From Zootoca vivipara (Eukaryota): a DNA stretch of 64,000 nt. Below are positions 26,382 through 36,576 of this stretch, one piece after another. The notes under the pieces were generated by a model, which was given only the letters and a program-made list of their open reading frames with translations, made no database searches and was not told the DNA's origin. Position 1 is the first letter of the stretch. Every line of letters begins with the position of its first letter. Location: NCBI RefSeq assembly GCF_963506605.1, contig NC_083286.1:53692001-53756000 (forward strand). The letters are read 5' to 3'. A program made the position numbers and the translations under genes.

Positions 26382-29300
26382 TCATTCGAGGCACAACCGA
26401 ATTTTTGTCCCCTTGCCATATTTCCCCAGGTATTCATTTAAACATTCCCATTGTTTTCTAACTTTGTTTTTGGGTTTTTGATGGATTATATCCGTTAGTT
26501 TTGCTAGCTCTAAGTACTCACACACTTTGTCAACCCATTGTCCTTTAGATGGGATGTTAGTACTCTTCCAATTGCTGGCTATTAGCAATCTTGCAGCCGT
26601 TGAGGCGTACAGAAAAATACTTTTTTTTTCACTCGGTATGTTATTATTCAAGATGCCTAATAAATACATTTCTGCTTTTTTTACAAATGAGGTTTTTAGT
26701 AGTTTTTTGATTTCCTCATGAATTGCTTCCCAAAAATTTTTAATCATCGGGCATGTCCACCATATGTGAAACAAACTGCCGGAGGCTGCATTGCATCTCC
26801 AGCATTTGTTACTTAGAGATTTGTTTATCTTAGCCAATTTTTCCGGGACCATATACCACCTATAGTGCATCTTTATATAATTCTCTCTCAACGTATAGCA
26901 AGCAGTAAAATTTATATCTTTTGACCAAAATTTTTTCCAGTTTTCATGTGGTATTTCATAACCTAGGTCTTGTTCCCATTTTCTTAGCCATGCCCCTTTT
27001 TTTTCTTCTTCCTGCTCATTCTCACCTAGCAGCTTGTATACTTTTGCTATGATCTTATCGTTATTAAGTAATATTTCCTTTTCAAATTTAGTTATTTGAG
27101 TATTAATTCCCCGTGATTTGACATCTTTATCGTATGTAGCCTTCAATTGGAAAAATTCTAACCAGCTTATCCCTAATAATTTTAGATCCTCGTATTTTTT
27201 TAGGTTGGTGATCCCTTCTTTATTTTCTATCAATTCTCTGTAGGTCGGCCACAGTTTTTTCTTGTTACACCTCAGCATGGCATTAGCCTCTACTGGGGAT
27301 ACCCATCCGGGTAGTTTATTCGTAATCTTTTCTTTAGTTCTATCCCACACCTCGAGCAAAGCTTTCCTCAAGATGTGGTTTTTAAATCCTTTATGTGCCT
27401 GTGCCTTCCCATACCATAGGTAGCCATGCCACCCGAAAACCTTGTCCCATCCCTCAATATTCAAAATTTCTGTGTTATTAAGAAGCATCCATTCTTTAAG
27501 CCAGCTCCAGCAGGCTGCTTCATAGTACCTCTTCAGGTCTGGGAGCGCCAATCCTCCTTTATCCTTTGGTTTTATTAGATTTTCCATTTTTATTCTGGCT
27601 TTCTTGCCCTGCCAGATGAAATCAGCTAGGTCCTTCTGCCAGTCTTTAAAATGTCTAAGTCCCAAAATTATTGGGATATTTTGAAAGAGGAACATTATTT
27701 TTGGTAGAACCACCATTTTTATCATTGAGACTCGTCCCCAGATTGACAATCTTAATTTGTTCCATTTGGCCATACTGTCTTTGATTTCTTTCCATTTTTT
27801 AAGATAATTGTCTTTAAGTAAGTTGGTGTTTTTATTCGAGATCCAAATTCCCAAGTAATTAACTTTTTTCTCTATTTTGATTCCTGTTTTCTTTACTAAA
27901 TCTTCGTTGTCTTTCTCCTTCATATTTTTTGTTAACATTTTAGATTTTTCTTTGTTTAATTTGAACCCCGAGACTCTGCTGAATTCTTTCATCTTAAGTA
28001 ACGCTTTCATAATACTTTCTTGGGGCGCTTCTGTAACTATTATTAGATCATCTGCAAAAGCTTTCGTCTTATAACATATTGGCCCCACGTTAATACCTTT
28101 TATCTCTTTATCTTTTCTTAACGCTATTAACAATGTTTCTATTACCATAATAAATAATAGGGGAGACAGGGGGCACCCCTGTCTCGTCCCTCTTTCGATT
28201 TTGAAACCTCCAGTAATTTCGTTATTAATAATTATTTTTGCCTTTTGTTCTTTATATATTGCTCTTATTCCGTTTAGAATTTTGTTTCCCAATTTTAAAT
28301 TTTCGCATACATTAATCATAAAGGGCCAGGATACACTGTCGAATGCCTTTTCCGCATCGACAAGTAGCATTGCGATTTCGAGGCCTGGTTTCATATCAAC
28401 ATATTCCAGAAGATCTATGATTGTTCTGATATTGTCTTTTATTTGCCTTTGGGGGAGAAAGCCTGCCTGGTCTCTATCTATTATTCTGCTCAAGAAATTT
28501 TTTAGTCTATTTGATAGTATGCCAGTAAAAATTTTGTAATCTATATTTAATAGAGAAATTGGCCTGTAGTTTTTTATGAGCTTCGGATCCGCATCTTTTT
28601 TGGGGATTAGGGTGATAAAGGCTTCCCGCCAAGATTCTGGTAGTTCTCCTTTATCTAATATTTCGTTCATTATAGTTTGAAGTTTGGGTGTGATCACATC
28701 TTCTAATTTTTTGTAATACTTCGCCGAGATCCCATCTGGGCCTGGTGATTTCCCTTCTTTTAAATTCCTGATGGCTCTTTGTATTTCTTCTATTTCTATG
28801 TTAGCATTTAAGATTGCATATTCTGTATCGCTAATTTCAGGTAGATTATTATCAATTATATATTTTATGGCTTCCTTTTTATCAATTTCCACCTCTTTAT
28901 ATAAATTCTTATAATAGTTCACGAATTTATCTTTGATTTGGTCAATATCTGTTATTTCCTTTCCTTCGTCTATTATGTTATTTATTATTTTATTAACCTG
29001 TCTTTCTTTTATCGCCCAGGCTAACATTCTTCCAGGTTTGTTTGCCTGCTCGAAATATTTTTGTTTTGTCCAGTTAATTTTTTTTTCTACCTCTTTGTTG
29101 ACCAGATCCGTCAAATGTGCTTGTAATATTTTAATTTGTTGTTTTGTTTCGTCATCATTTGGGGATTTAATCAATTCTTTTTCTTTACCTCTTATTTGTT
29201 CATTGATTTCCAAAATATTTTTCTGCTTCTCCCTCTTTATCCTGCCCATCTGTTGTATCCCAAACCCCCTCATGTAGGCCTTGCTTGCTTCCCATATAAT

Positions 29301-30134
29301 TTTCCTATCTGAACCTTGGCTTTCATTTATTTCAAAAAATTCCTTAAGCATCTCCTTAGCCTTTATGACCCTTTGTTCTTCTCTCCATATCTCGTCGTTT
29401 AGCCTCCATCTCCCCTTTGTTTTGTTCTTAAATTTTAACTGAATTGTTACGGGGTTGTGGTCAGAGATTGACTTGTTTAGTATTTCAGCCTTGTCCAAGT
29501 GTAATGTTAGTTTCCTTGAAATCCAGATTGCGTCTAGTCTTCCGCCCGATTTCTGAGCATCCGAGTAGTGGGTAATGTCTCTAACATTTGGATTTTTAAT
29601 TCTCCATGCGTCGTGCAAGTCGTAATTTTCCACTAATTGAAAAAATGATTGGGGGAGTTTACCTGATTTAATTTCTTTATCTCTGTGCGTTCTGTCCAGC
29701 TCTATTGAGACCACCCCATTTAGATCTCCCATCACTATCATATTTTCTCCCAGGTGGTCCCACAAAGCCTCCTCTACCTTTTTGAAGAATTCATCTTTTT
29801 TATCATTAGGGGCATAAATACCCACTATTATTATTTTCCCTTCTCTTGTGTGCGTTTCTACTCCCAGTAATCTACCCTCCTCATCATTAAATAACAATTT
29901 TGGTTCTAACATACCATTTATGTACATAACTATCCCTCTTTTCTTTTCCGTGCCTGAGGATGTAAATTCAAGGCCTAACCTGCTGTTTTTTAACACTCTT
30001 AGATGGTTTTGCGTAATATGCGTTTCCTGCATACACATGACGTCCCATTTCTTTTTTTTTAGTAGACATTCTGTTTTGTTCCTCTTATGCTTATTATTCA
30101 ATCCATTTATATTCCAAGAAATACAGTTCAGCAT
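26382..30134 (-). CDS. L1 ORF2p (APE endonuclease + reverse transcriptase + Cys-rich C-terminus)
   Basis: 1250-aa open ORF. ISWNINGLN, MQETH, GDLN, SDHNP (endonuclease); KSPGPDG, YRPISLLN, DAEKAFD, GTRQGCPLSPLLF, FADD (RT); CWRC-x8-H-x4-C knuckle. Confidence 0.97.
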   Translation of the reverse strand: MLNCISWNINGLNNKHKRNKTECLLKKKKWDVMCMQETHITQNHLRVLKNSRLGLEFTSSGTEKKRGIVMYINGMLEPKLLFNDEEGRLLGVETHTREGKIIIVGIYAPNDKKDEFFKKVEEALWDHLGENMIVMGDLNGVVSIELDRTHRDKEIKSGKLPQSFFQLVENYDLHDAWRIKNPNVRDITHYSDAQKSGGRLDAIWISRKLTLHLDKAEILNKSISDHNPVTIQLKFKNKTKGRWRLNDEIWREEQRVIKAKEMLKEFFEINESQGSDRKIIWEASKAYMRGFGIQQMGRIKREKQKNILEINEQIRGKEKELIKSPNDDETKQQIKILQAHLTDLVNKEVEKKINWTKQKYFEQANKPGRMLAWAIKERQVNKIINNIIDEGKEITDIDQIKDKFVNYYKNLYKEVEIDKKEAIKYIIDNNLPEISDTEYAILNANIEIEEIQRAIRNLKEGKSPGPDGISAKYYKKLEDVITPKLQTIMNEILDKGELPESWREAFITLIPKKDADPKLIKNYRPISLLNIDYKIFTGILSNRLKNFLSRIIDRDQAGFLPQRQIKDNIRTIIDLLEYVDMKPGLEIAMLLVDAEKAFDSVSWPFMINVCENLKLGNKILNGIRAIYKEQKAKIIINNEITGGFKIERGTRQGCPLSPLLFIMVIETLLIALRKDKEIKGINVGPICYKTKAFADDLIIVTEAPQESIMKALLKMKEFSRVSGFKLNKEKSKMLTKNMKEKDNEDLVKKTGIKIEKKVNYLGIWISNKNTNLLKDNYLKKWKEIKDSMAKWNKLRLSIWGRVSMIKMVVLPKIMFLFQNIPIILGLRHFKDWQKDLADFIWQGKKARIKMENLIKPKDKGGLALPDLKRYYEAACWSWLKEWMLLNNTEILNIEGWDKVFGWHGYLWYGKAQAHKGFKNHILRKALLEVWDRTKEKITNKLPGWVSPVEANAMLRCNKKKLWPTYRELIENKEGITNLKKYEDLKLLGISWLEFFQLKATYDKDVKSRGINTQITKFEKEILLNNDKIIAKVYKLLGENEQEEEKKGAWLRKWEQDLGYEIPHENWKKFWSKDINFTACYTLRENYIKMHYRWYMVPEKLAKINKSLSNKCWRCNAASGSLFHIWWTCPMIKNFWEAIHEEIKKLLKTSFVKKAEMYLLGILNNNIPSEKKSIFLYASTAARLLIASNWKSTNIPSKGQWVDKVCEYLELAKLTDIIHQKPKNKVRKQWECLNEYLGKYGKGTKIRLCLE

Positions 30135-30463
30135 GGTTACCCTTTATTATTATGTTATAAGTTCTTATTGCTTCCCGATTATCACCTGTCAAATAATAGC
30201 AAGGTAATTACGGAGGGATAAAAGGGAAGATAAGCCCAGAAAATATTGTTCAATAAACAATGAAACAGCTCCAAGCAAGTTACTCTCTAAATAGCAATAA
30301 ATAAGAAAAAAGAAAAAAGAAAAAAAGGAGAAAACAACAACTATAAACAGAAAAATGTTAGCAAATATAAACAAATGAAATACCTTTATACAAAAAAAGA
30401 GGAAGAAAGAAAAAAAATTGAAATTTACTTGCGATTATTAAAAACCTTACATTCCCCACAGAA

Positions 30464-31444
30464 TTACTTGCTATCTCCCTTTGCCTCAGGCAATTTCTCC
30501 CCACCTAGTTCGTCCCAGTATTTCCTCCAAAAAATTTTTGTCTCCTCAACTGTTCTATAAGTTCGTTTTCGGTCTTTATATGTAAATATAATCCCTTCCG
30601 GGAATTCCCACTTAAACCTAATGTTATTTTTCCATAACGCCGAAGTTATGAATCTATAGTTCTCCCTCTTTTTCAAGATTCTGGTGGGCATCTCTTTCTT
30701 TATCTCAATTGGTGCTCCATCGATGTGCAGTGGATCTGTTCTTCCTTTTGATAGTAGTTTATCTCTTAGTAATATAGAATTAAGGAATAATAGGCAGTCC
30801 CCTGGGCCCTTTCTTCCTTTACCTTTATTAGATCTTATTCGAAATATTTTTTCAATGTCTAACAGTAGATCTTCCTCCTGCACATCGAGCCATTTCGCGA
30901 TAGCTTTTGTTAATTTGGAAGATATGTCTTCGTCATGATCTTCCTTGACGCCTCTCACCCGGAGAGTAAGCTCTTTTTGTTTCATTTCCAGGATCGCGAT
31001 TGCGTCATATGTTTCTTCCTGAGTTCTCTTAAGTTTGTCAATTTCCTCTTTGTTTTTTTCCTGGAGCCTTTTCGTTTCTTTCTGCTCTTGTTGGATTTTT
31101 TTCATCTGGTCCTCTTGCTTCTGTGTTTTAATTTTAACTTCTTGCATCGATGCTTCTATTTCTTTATTTTTTCCAGCTATTTGGTTAATTTGTTCAGAGA
31201 GATCAACAATCAACTTAGAATTATTTTCTATTTTTGAACCCATGTTCTCCATTTTACTGTCTATTAGTTTTATATTTCCATCCAGATTGGTAATTTTGTC
31301 ACTCAAATTTTTTTCCATTCTCTCCAGCGCTGAGACCAGTTCTTTCATTTCCATGTTGCTTTCGGTCTCAAGTAGCGATGTTCTGCGTTGTTGATTTAAA
31401 GTTGAGTTTATACCGCTGGCCGCAAGTCCTCTTTTGGAGCCCAT
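30464..31444 (-). CDS. L1 ORF1p (coiled coil + RRM + CTD RNA-binding protein)
   Basis: 326-aa open ORF upstream of ORF2. Long heptad-rich N-terminal half, then LRVRGVKE...IEKIFRI (RRM-like) and IRFKWEFPEGIIFTY (CTD-like). Confidence 0.9.
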   Translation of the reverse strand: MGSKRGLAASGINSTLNQQRRTSLLETESNMEMKELVSALERMEKNLSDKITNLDGNIKLIDSKMENMGSKIENNSKLIVDLSEQINQIAGKNKEIEASMQEVKIKTQKQEDQMKKIQQEQKETKRLQEKNKEEIDKLKRTQEETYDAIAILEMKQKELTLRVRGVKEDHDEDISSKLTKAIAKWLDVQEEDLLLDIEKIFRIRSNKGKGRKGPGDCLLFLNSILLRDKLLSKGRTDPLHIDGAPIEIKKEMPTRILKKRENYRFITSALWKNNIRFKWEFPEGIIFTYKDRKRTYRTVEETKIFWRKYWDELGGEKLPEAKGDSK

Positions 31445-31634
31445 CGGAGATTTAGTTTAAATTACGTCTATTCTTCCCGCTTATATTGGCGTTTCAAAAA
31501 GAAATTTTGGGAATCCCCACTGTGGTCTTTTTATATGTCCATTTTTTGTTTGTTTGTAATATCCGATAATAATAACACTGCTGCTGGAGGACTGCTTTAA
31601 AAGGGTTACTCCTTTCCCCCTGTTATATTGAATC

Positions 31635-31652
31635 TGGCCGCTAGGTGGCGAT
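31635..31652 (+). promoter_or_regulatory. CTCF-like motif in L1 5'UTR
   Basis: TGGCCGCTAGGTGGCGAT matches the CCRSYAGRKGGCR core. Binding not shown. Confidence 0.5.
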
Positions 31653-32959
31653 CGTCTGTAGGGATTGTCTGCAAAGGTCTGCAAAGACCTGCAAGGATCT
31701 GTTTATATTAGTGTAGTGTCTGGTTTGACCACACACGTCGCTGTTAGTTCTTTCGCTTCCTCTGCTCCTTAGCCCCGTCTTTGTTTACCGCCGTCTTTCT
31801 CTTTACCGTCTCTTCCGCTCAGAGCCTTGCTGGTATGGCGGGCGGGTACTATGGAGCATTTAAAGTGGTATCCTCCGTTTTTTCTAATGCCTGAAACGAC
31901 TATTTTCACCGGTTTGTGCCACTCGGTGGGGGTGAGTTTATTTTCCTCTCGCCGGGTAAGCTGACAGACTGTGGCTGTGCTCTGTACTCTGTCGCGGTCC
32001 CCCTTTTCAGTTATTTAAAAGTCTCTGCCTTGCAGTAGTTTTAGAAACTTCTGGCGCTTCCCTCCTGCCCCCGCTTTCACTAAGCGGGGGTTTTAAGTAT
32101 TGCCAGTTTTTAAGTAGCTTGGGGGGGGGCGCCTTGATATTAGCAGTTTGTTGTTTCGGAGAGTTCGGCGCTTTCTTTACCGGCGTTTCGGGCGTTAAAC
32201 GCCGAGAGGGGTTGGGTTGCCCTGGGCGCTAGGGTCTCTCTGCAGTTTCTAGAAAAGACCCCTGCAAGCCACCACGGGCAATAGCCCCCAGGATTCCCCC
32301 CTGGGGTCGGAGATAACTCACGCCAAGCTCCCCGTCTTTCACTCTCTCGGGCGTCGGGTCTGCCTCAAAGTTGTCGGGAGAGCAGAACCTCGACCGGCTT
32401 CAGCGCGCCATTCCGGAAGTCGTTCACTCTGCATCTCAGGTTTTTCTCTCTTTCTGCCCTGGCTTGGATGCATAGCATCCACACAACCACCTTCATTCCT
32501 TATATATGTGGTAGATGAGAACTAGTGGTGCAATCTGTGCTGGAAACATTTTGCATGAAAGCTTGTGCAGTTTGGCTGCTTCCAAAGTGCAAATTTACTG
32601 TCGAATAGCCACATGTCATTAACTCGTTTTTTACAGGGCATCTGCATGATGTTGTGATCAAAATACCACCCTCCTGTGTTTTCCCTGCTCAACTAGATTT
32701 CCCTCCCAGACCTCATAAAATCTGGAGCAGCTGCGTAATCCAGCTGCAGAGTCCTCATGCAGCTGTTCAGTAGGCTGTTTGTCCAGTTATTTATTGTTCT
32801 ATTTATAATTTATTTTTATTTCTATCGTATACTTCAGCCAGCCAGTAACCACTCCATCAAATAAATGCATCTCAGAAAATACAACAGTAAAATACAAAAG
32901 TGGAAATAAAACATTATAAAAACTCCACATTGTTCTTATGTCCTACATGACGCCCATTA

Positions 32960-33211
32960 CAGTGGTACCTTGGTTGTTGAACAGCTTGGCTCCCGAACAA
33001 ATCGGTTCCCAAACACCGCAATCCCAGAAGTGAATGTTCCGGTTTGCGAACATTTTTTGGAAGCCAAACATCCGACGCAGCTTCCGCGGCTTCCGATTGA
33101 GTGCAGGAAGCTCCTGCAGCCAATTGGAAGCCACGCCTTGGTTTTTAAACAGTTCCAGGAGTCAAACAGACACCCAGAACGGATTAAATTTGACAACCAA
33201 GGTACCCAATG
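32960..33211. mobile_element. Tc1/mariner-pogo MITE
   Basis: TA|CAGTGGTACCTTGGTTG ... CAACCAAGGTACCCAATG|TA. Confidence 0.8.
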
Positions 33212-33319
33212 TAATAAAAACACATTATAGAATCATAGAAATGTAGAGTTAGAAGGGACCCCGGGGGTCATCCAGCTCAACCCCATGCAATGCAGGAATC
33301 TCAGCTAGATCATACACCA

Positions 33320-33812
33320 GAAGGTTACTAACGAAGAAGGTGATTGAACTGGCAAAAGGAGGGAGTTCCACAGTTAGGATGCCACTGCAGAGAATGGATT
33401 GCCCTGTGCCACTGTAGAAAGTATCTCCCCCATGAGTGGGATCACCAGCAGGGCCCTTCCCTCATTGATCACACATGCCAATACATATTGAGAGAGGCAC
33501 TCTTTCAAGTATCTGGCTCCAATAAATTTTGGGCTTTATATAGACTAGTGCCAGAATCTGGCCTGTTAGCGAATCAACAGTCAGTGCAGGTCCAAAACGA
33601 GTCGATGCTCCAGGATTCCATCGTGTGATTGCATACACCAATCTTGCTGGCACTTTCTCCAATAGTTGCAGCTTCTGGATTGCCTTCATGGATAGCTTTG
33701 TGTAGAGTGCTCTGCAGTCTTCCAAACATGATGTCACCAGGGCATGGTTAACTGCAGAGTTATCCATGCTTACCTTTCCTCCGCTCTTTCCAGACATGGT
33801 CACAATCTGAAG
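33320..33812 (-). mobile_element. Degraded L2 fragment abutting the assembly gap
   Basis: Minus strand reads HALVTSCLEDCRALYTKLSMKAIQKLQLLEKVPARLV, a decayed HALVISRLDYCNALY...KLQL.QNAAARLV. Confidence 0.7.
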
Positions 33813-33969
33813 NNNNNNNNNNNNNNNNNNNNNNNNNNNNNNNNNNNNNNNNNNNNNNNNNNNNNNNNNNNNNNNNNNNNNNNNNNNNNNNNNNNNNNNN
33901 NNNNNNNNNNNNNNNNNNNNNNNNNNNNNNNNNNNNNNNNNNNNNNNNNNNNNNNNNNNNNNNNNNNNN
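33813..33969. other. Assembly gap (157 N)
   Basis: Run of N. No MYO5B exon is expected here, because the exons at 24305-24424 and 34763-34900 are consecutive in the protein. Confidence 0.99.
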
Positions 33970-34547
33970 AAACCTGCTCTTTAAAGCTCAATTGGAGCAA
34001 ACATCCATCTTCGGAAAACCTGAATTGACATTCAATGGGAAAGAGCAGGGAAAGCTCAAGGAAAAAACAAACAGACACTTGGACACAGAGCTTTTAAGCA
34101 TGGATCTCTGCTTGGAAAGAAAGAGGCAAAAGGGAAGTTTGGATAAGCCCAGTGGCCAGCCTGTCTCTTGTCCAAGAACAGCATATTTGGTGAACAGGTT
34201 ATGGCCCATATAGATTTCCTCTAACCATTTCCCCCAGCTCTCCTCTCTAGGGATCAGCTCTGTCAGCTTAGCACTTCTCTTTTCTCTTTCCAAATAGCAT
34301 TGCCTTTATATTCATTTCTTTTCCCTCCCTCGCCTTAATTTGGGTGAGAGGGAGCAACCATTATTGGATGTGCAGCAAGGAGGGGGAGGGAGTATTTAGC
34401 GCCTTCTCACCCCCACCCCTTCAAAAAAAAAAGCCCACCATGGTTCCAATGAAACCCTTCCCCTCCCAAGAATTTGGGCTTATGTTTGGTAGTGAAGAAA
34501 TGGGCTGTCCACTTCGCTGCAGAATCTTGTTTAGATTCCAAAGCTGC

Positions 34548-34734
34548 TCCTGACAGTAAGAGCTGTTCGGCAGTGGAATTTGCTACCAAGGAGTGTGGTG
34601 GAGTCTCCTTCTTTGGAGGTCTTTAAGCAGAGGCTTGACAGCCATATGTCAAGAATGCCTTGATGGTGTTTCCTGCTTGGCAGGGGGTTGGACTGGATGG
34701 CTCTTGTGGTCTCTTCCAACTCTATGATTCTATG
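34548..34734 (+). mobile_element. Young CR1 LINE 3' fragment
   Basis: Ends in (ATTCTATG)n. About 4 mismatches versus 48832-49019. Confidence 0.88.
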
Positions 34735-34762
34735 ATCCTCTCATTCTCCTCTTCCGTCACAG

Positions 34763-34900
34763 GAGGTTGGCATGGAGAAGGCAGCCATGGACATGACCCT
34801 CTTCCTAAAGCTTCAGAAGAGAGTGCGGGAACTGGAACAGGAGAGGAAGAAGCTGCAAAGCCAACTGGAGAAGAGAGAAAATGAAAGCAAAAAACCCCAG
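34763..34900 (+). CDS. MYO5B: Myosin Vb coding exon (coiled coil)
   Basis: GTCACAG|GAG...CCCCAG|GTAGAA, 138 nt. [46 protein letters not shown]. Confidence 0.96.
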
Positions 34901-35661
34901 GTAGAATATGTCACATTGGATTTCAAATCTATAACAGGCATTCCCGAGAAAATTTTAAAGCATGCGTTGCGGTTTTAAGGCTCAAACTGGACCCTGCATT
35001 AAATTTGCTACATGCAGGGATGGTTTTTTATGTGAAGATATATACAAGAAAATGACTCTTCCACTTATGGTCTGAAATGGTTCAGGTCCTCGGATTTCTG
35101 TTCTGTGCAGTTTGGTTGAATCTGTGGATCAGGTGTAAAAGAACTTTAAAGCAGGTTCCCACAAACGTTTTGCTCAGATGGGTGACTGGGATTTTACCTT
35201 TGTTCAGAAATACTTTGTAAATCTACCCTTCGACTCAAAGGTATTCACCTCATCTTTGTGTCCTGTCGACACCCAAAACATCAGCGATCCTAAGATCTAA
35301 CCATCACACTTAAGTTAGAAATCCATGCATAATTATGATGCTTTAGTCTATGGCTGCCGGCTTCTGCCTGAGAACAGGCTTTGCAATCATTGGGCTGCAC
35401 AATCAATGCTGGAATGATTTATCTCACTGTAGAGTTAATTGGCCTGGCAATGACTCTGTTCATCAACTGTCATGAATCCAAAGTATCATCGATACTGTGG
35501 GAAATTTCAATTCTGAAGAAGTAGTGAAAAGGCACCATTGACGTGAATATCCTTGGCTATTGTGCTGTAGGTGTTCTGGCATTTTACTAAAATACAACCT
35601 ATTAAAGAAAGGAAATATGCAACTTATCCTACTAGGATGGGAACATGTTTAGGTTCAGAGA

Positions 35662-35862
35662 ATTCTTTCCAGCAGCACCTTAGAGACCAACTAAGTTTGT
35701 CATTGGTATGAGCTTTTGTGTGCATGCACACTTCTTCAGATAGTGCATGCACATGAAAGCTCATACCAATGACAAACTTATCTGGTCTCTAAGGTGCTGC
35801 TGGAAGGAATTTATTAACTTTGTTTAGACTACGTCAGACCAACACAGCTACCTACCTGTAAC
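35662..35862. mobile_element. Second Penelope-like inverted remnant, same family
   Basis: Same arms in mirror arrangement. TSD TAG(G/A)TTCAGAGA at 35650-35661 and 35863-35874. Minus-strand hammerhead core 35706-35742 has GAAA changed to AAAA. Confidence 0.8.
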
Positions 35863-36017
35863 TAGATTCAGAGAGTTATGCCTTGGCAACCCCAGCTAAA
35901 TGGCGAGATCCATCCAGTTTTGTCCAGGATAAAGTGTCCGGCTGTGAATTTCCAGGGGATTCTGGGCTGAGGTTGGCTGCAGTGAGGGCAGCAGCTGGGA
36001 AAGGGACCATCTCCATG

Positions 36018-36198
36018 CAGCTCTGGTATGGTAAAGGATATGCCTTGCATGCAGAAGGTCTCAGGTTTAATCCCCAACATCTCTAAATAGGGCTGGGATA
36101 GACTCATCTCTGAAACCTTGGAGACCTGGTGCCTGTCAGTGTAGACAACATTTAGCTAGATGGACCTTTGTTCTTACTCGGTATAAGGAAGATTCCTA
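36018..36198 (+). mobile_element. tRNA-Ala-derived SINE (Squam2-like), diverged
   Basis: ttgcatgcagaaggtctcaggtttaatccc...gctagatggacc...gtataagg, same family as 292-622. Confidence 0.7.
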
Positions 36199-36206
36199 AG
36201 TCAGTT

Positions 36207-36509
36207 TGTTGTTGTTTAGTCATTTAGTCGTGTCCAACTCTTCATGACCCCATGGACCATAGCACGCCAGGCACTCCTGTCTTGCACTGCCTCCCGCAGT
36301 TTGGTCAAACTCATGTTCGTAGCTTCGAGAACACTGTCCAACCATCTCGTCCTCTATCGTCCCCTTCTCCTAGTGCCCTCCATCTTTCCCAACATCAGGG
36401 TCTTTTCCAGGGAGTTTTCTCTTCTCATGAGGTGGCCAAAGTATTGGAGCCTCAGCTTCACAATCTGTCCTTCCAGTGAGCACTCAGGGCTGATTTCCTT
36501 CAGAATGGA
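36207..36509 (-). mobile_element. RTE/BovB LINE 3' fragment
   Basis: tttagtcgtgtccaactcttcatgaccccatggac...tgaggtggccaaagtattggag...tcagggctgatttcctt (BovB 3' end); (CAA)n tail. TSD AAGTCAGTT at 36198-36206 and 36510-36518. Confidence 0.88.
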
Positions 36510-36530
36510 AAGTCAGTTATATACTACTAC

Positions 36531-36576
<46 letters not shown>

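Larger units (their letters stand above)
25901..32429 (-). mobile_element. Full-length L1 (LINE-1) retrotransposon, antisense in MYO5B intron
   Basis: 16-bp TSD TGCATCTCAGGTTTTT at 25885-25900 and 32430-32445. Poly(A) tail (T-run to 25909) preceded by AATAAA (25921-25926 on minus). CpG-rich 5'UTR of about 985 nt. Two uninterrupted ORFs. Confidence 0.97.

Noticed and set aside
28045-28065. FADD instead of YADD in the L1 RT as an unusual or inactivating change
   Set aside because: FADD is the normal motif in vertebrate L1 ORF2p, including human.
33813-33969. Missing exon hidden in the N gap
   Set aside because: The flanking exons join in frame with no gap relative to MYO5B; the gap abuts a decayed L2.
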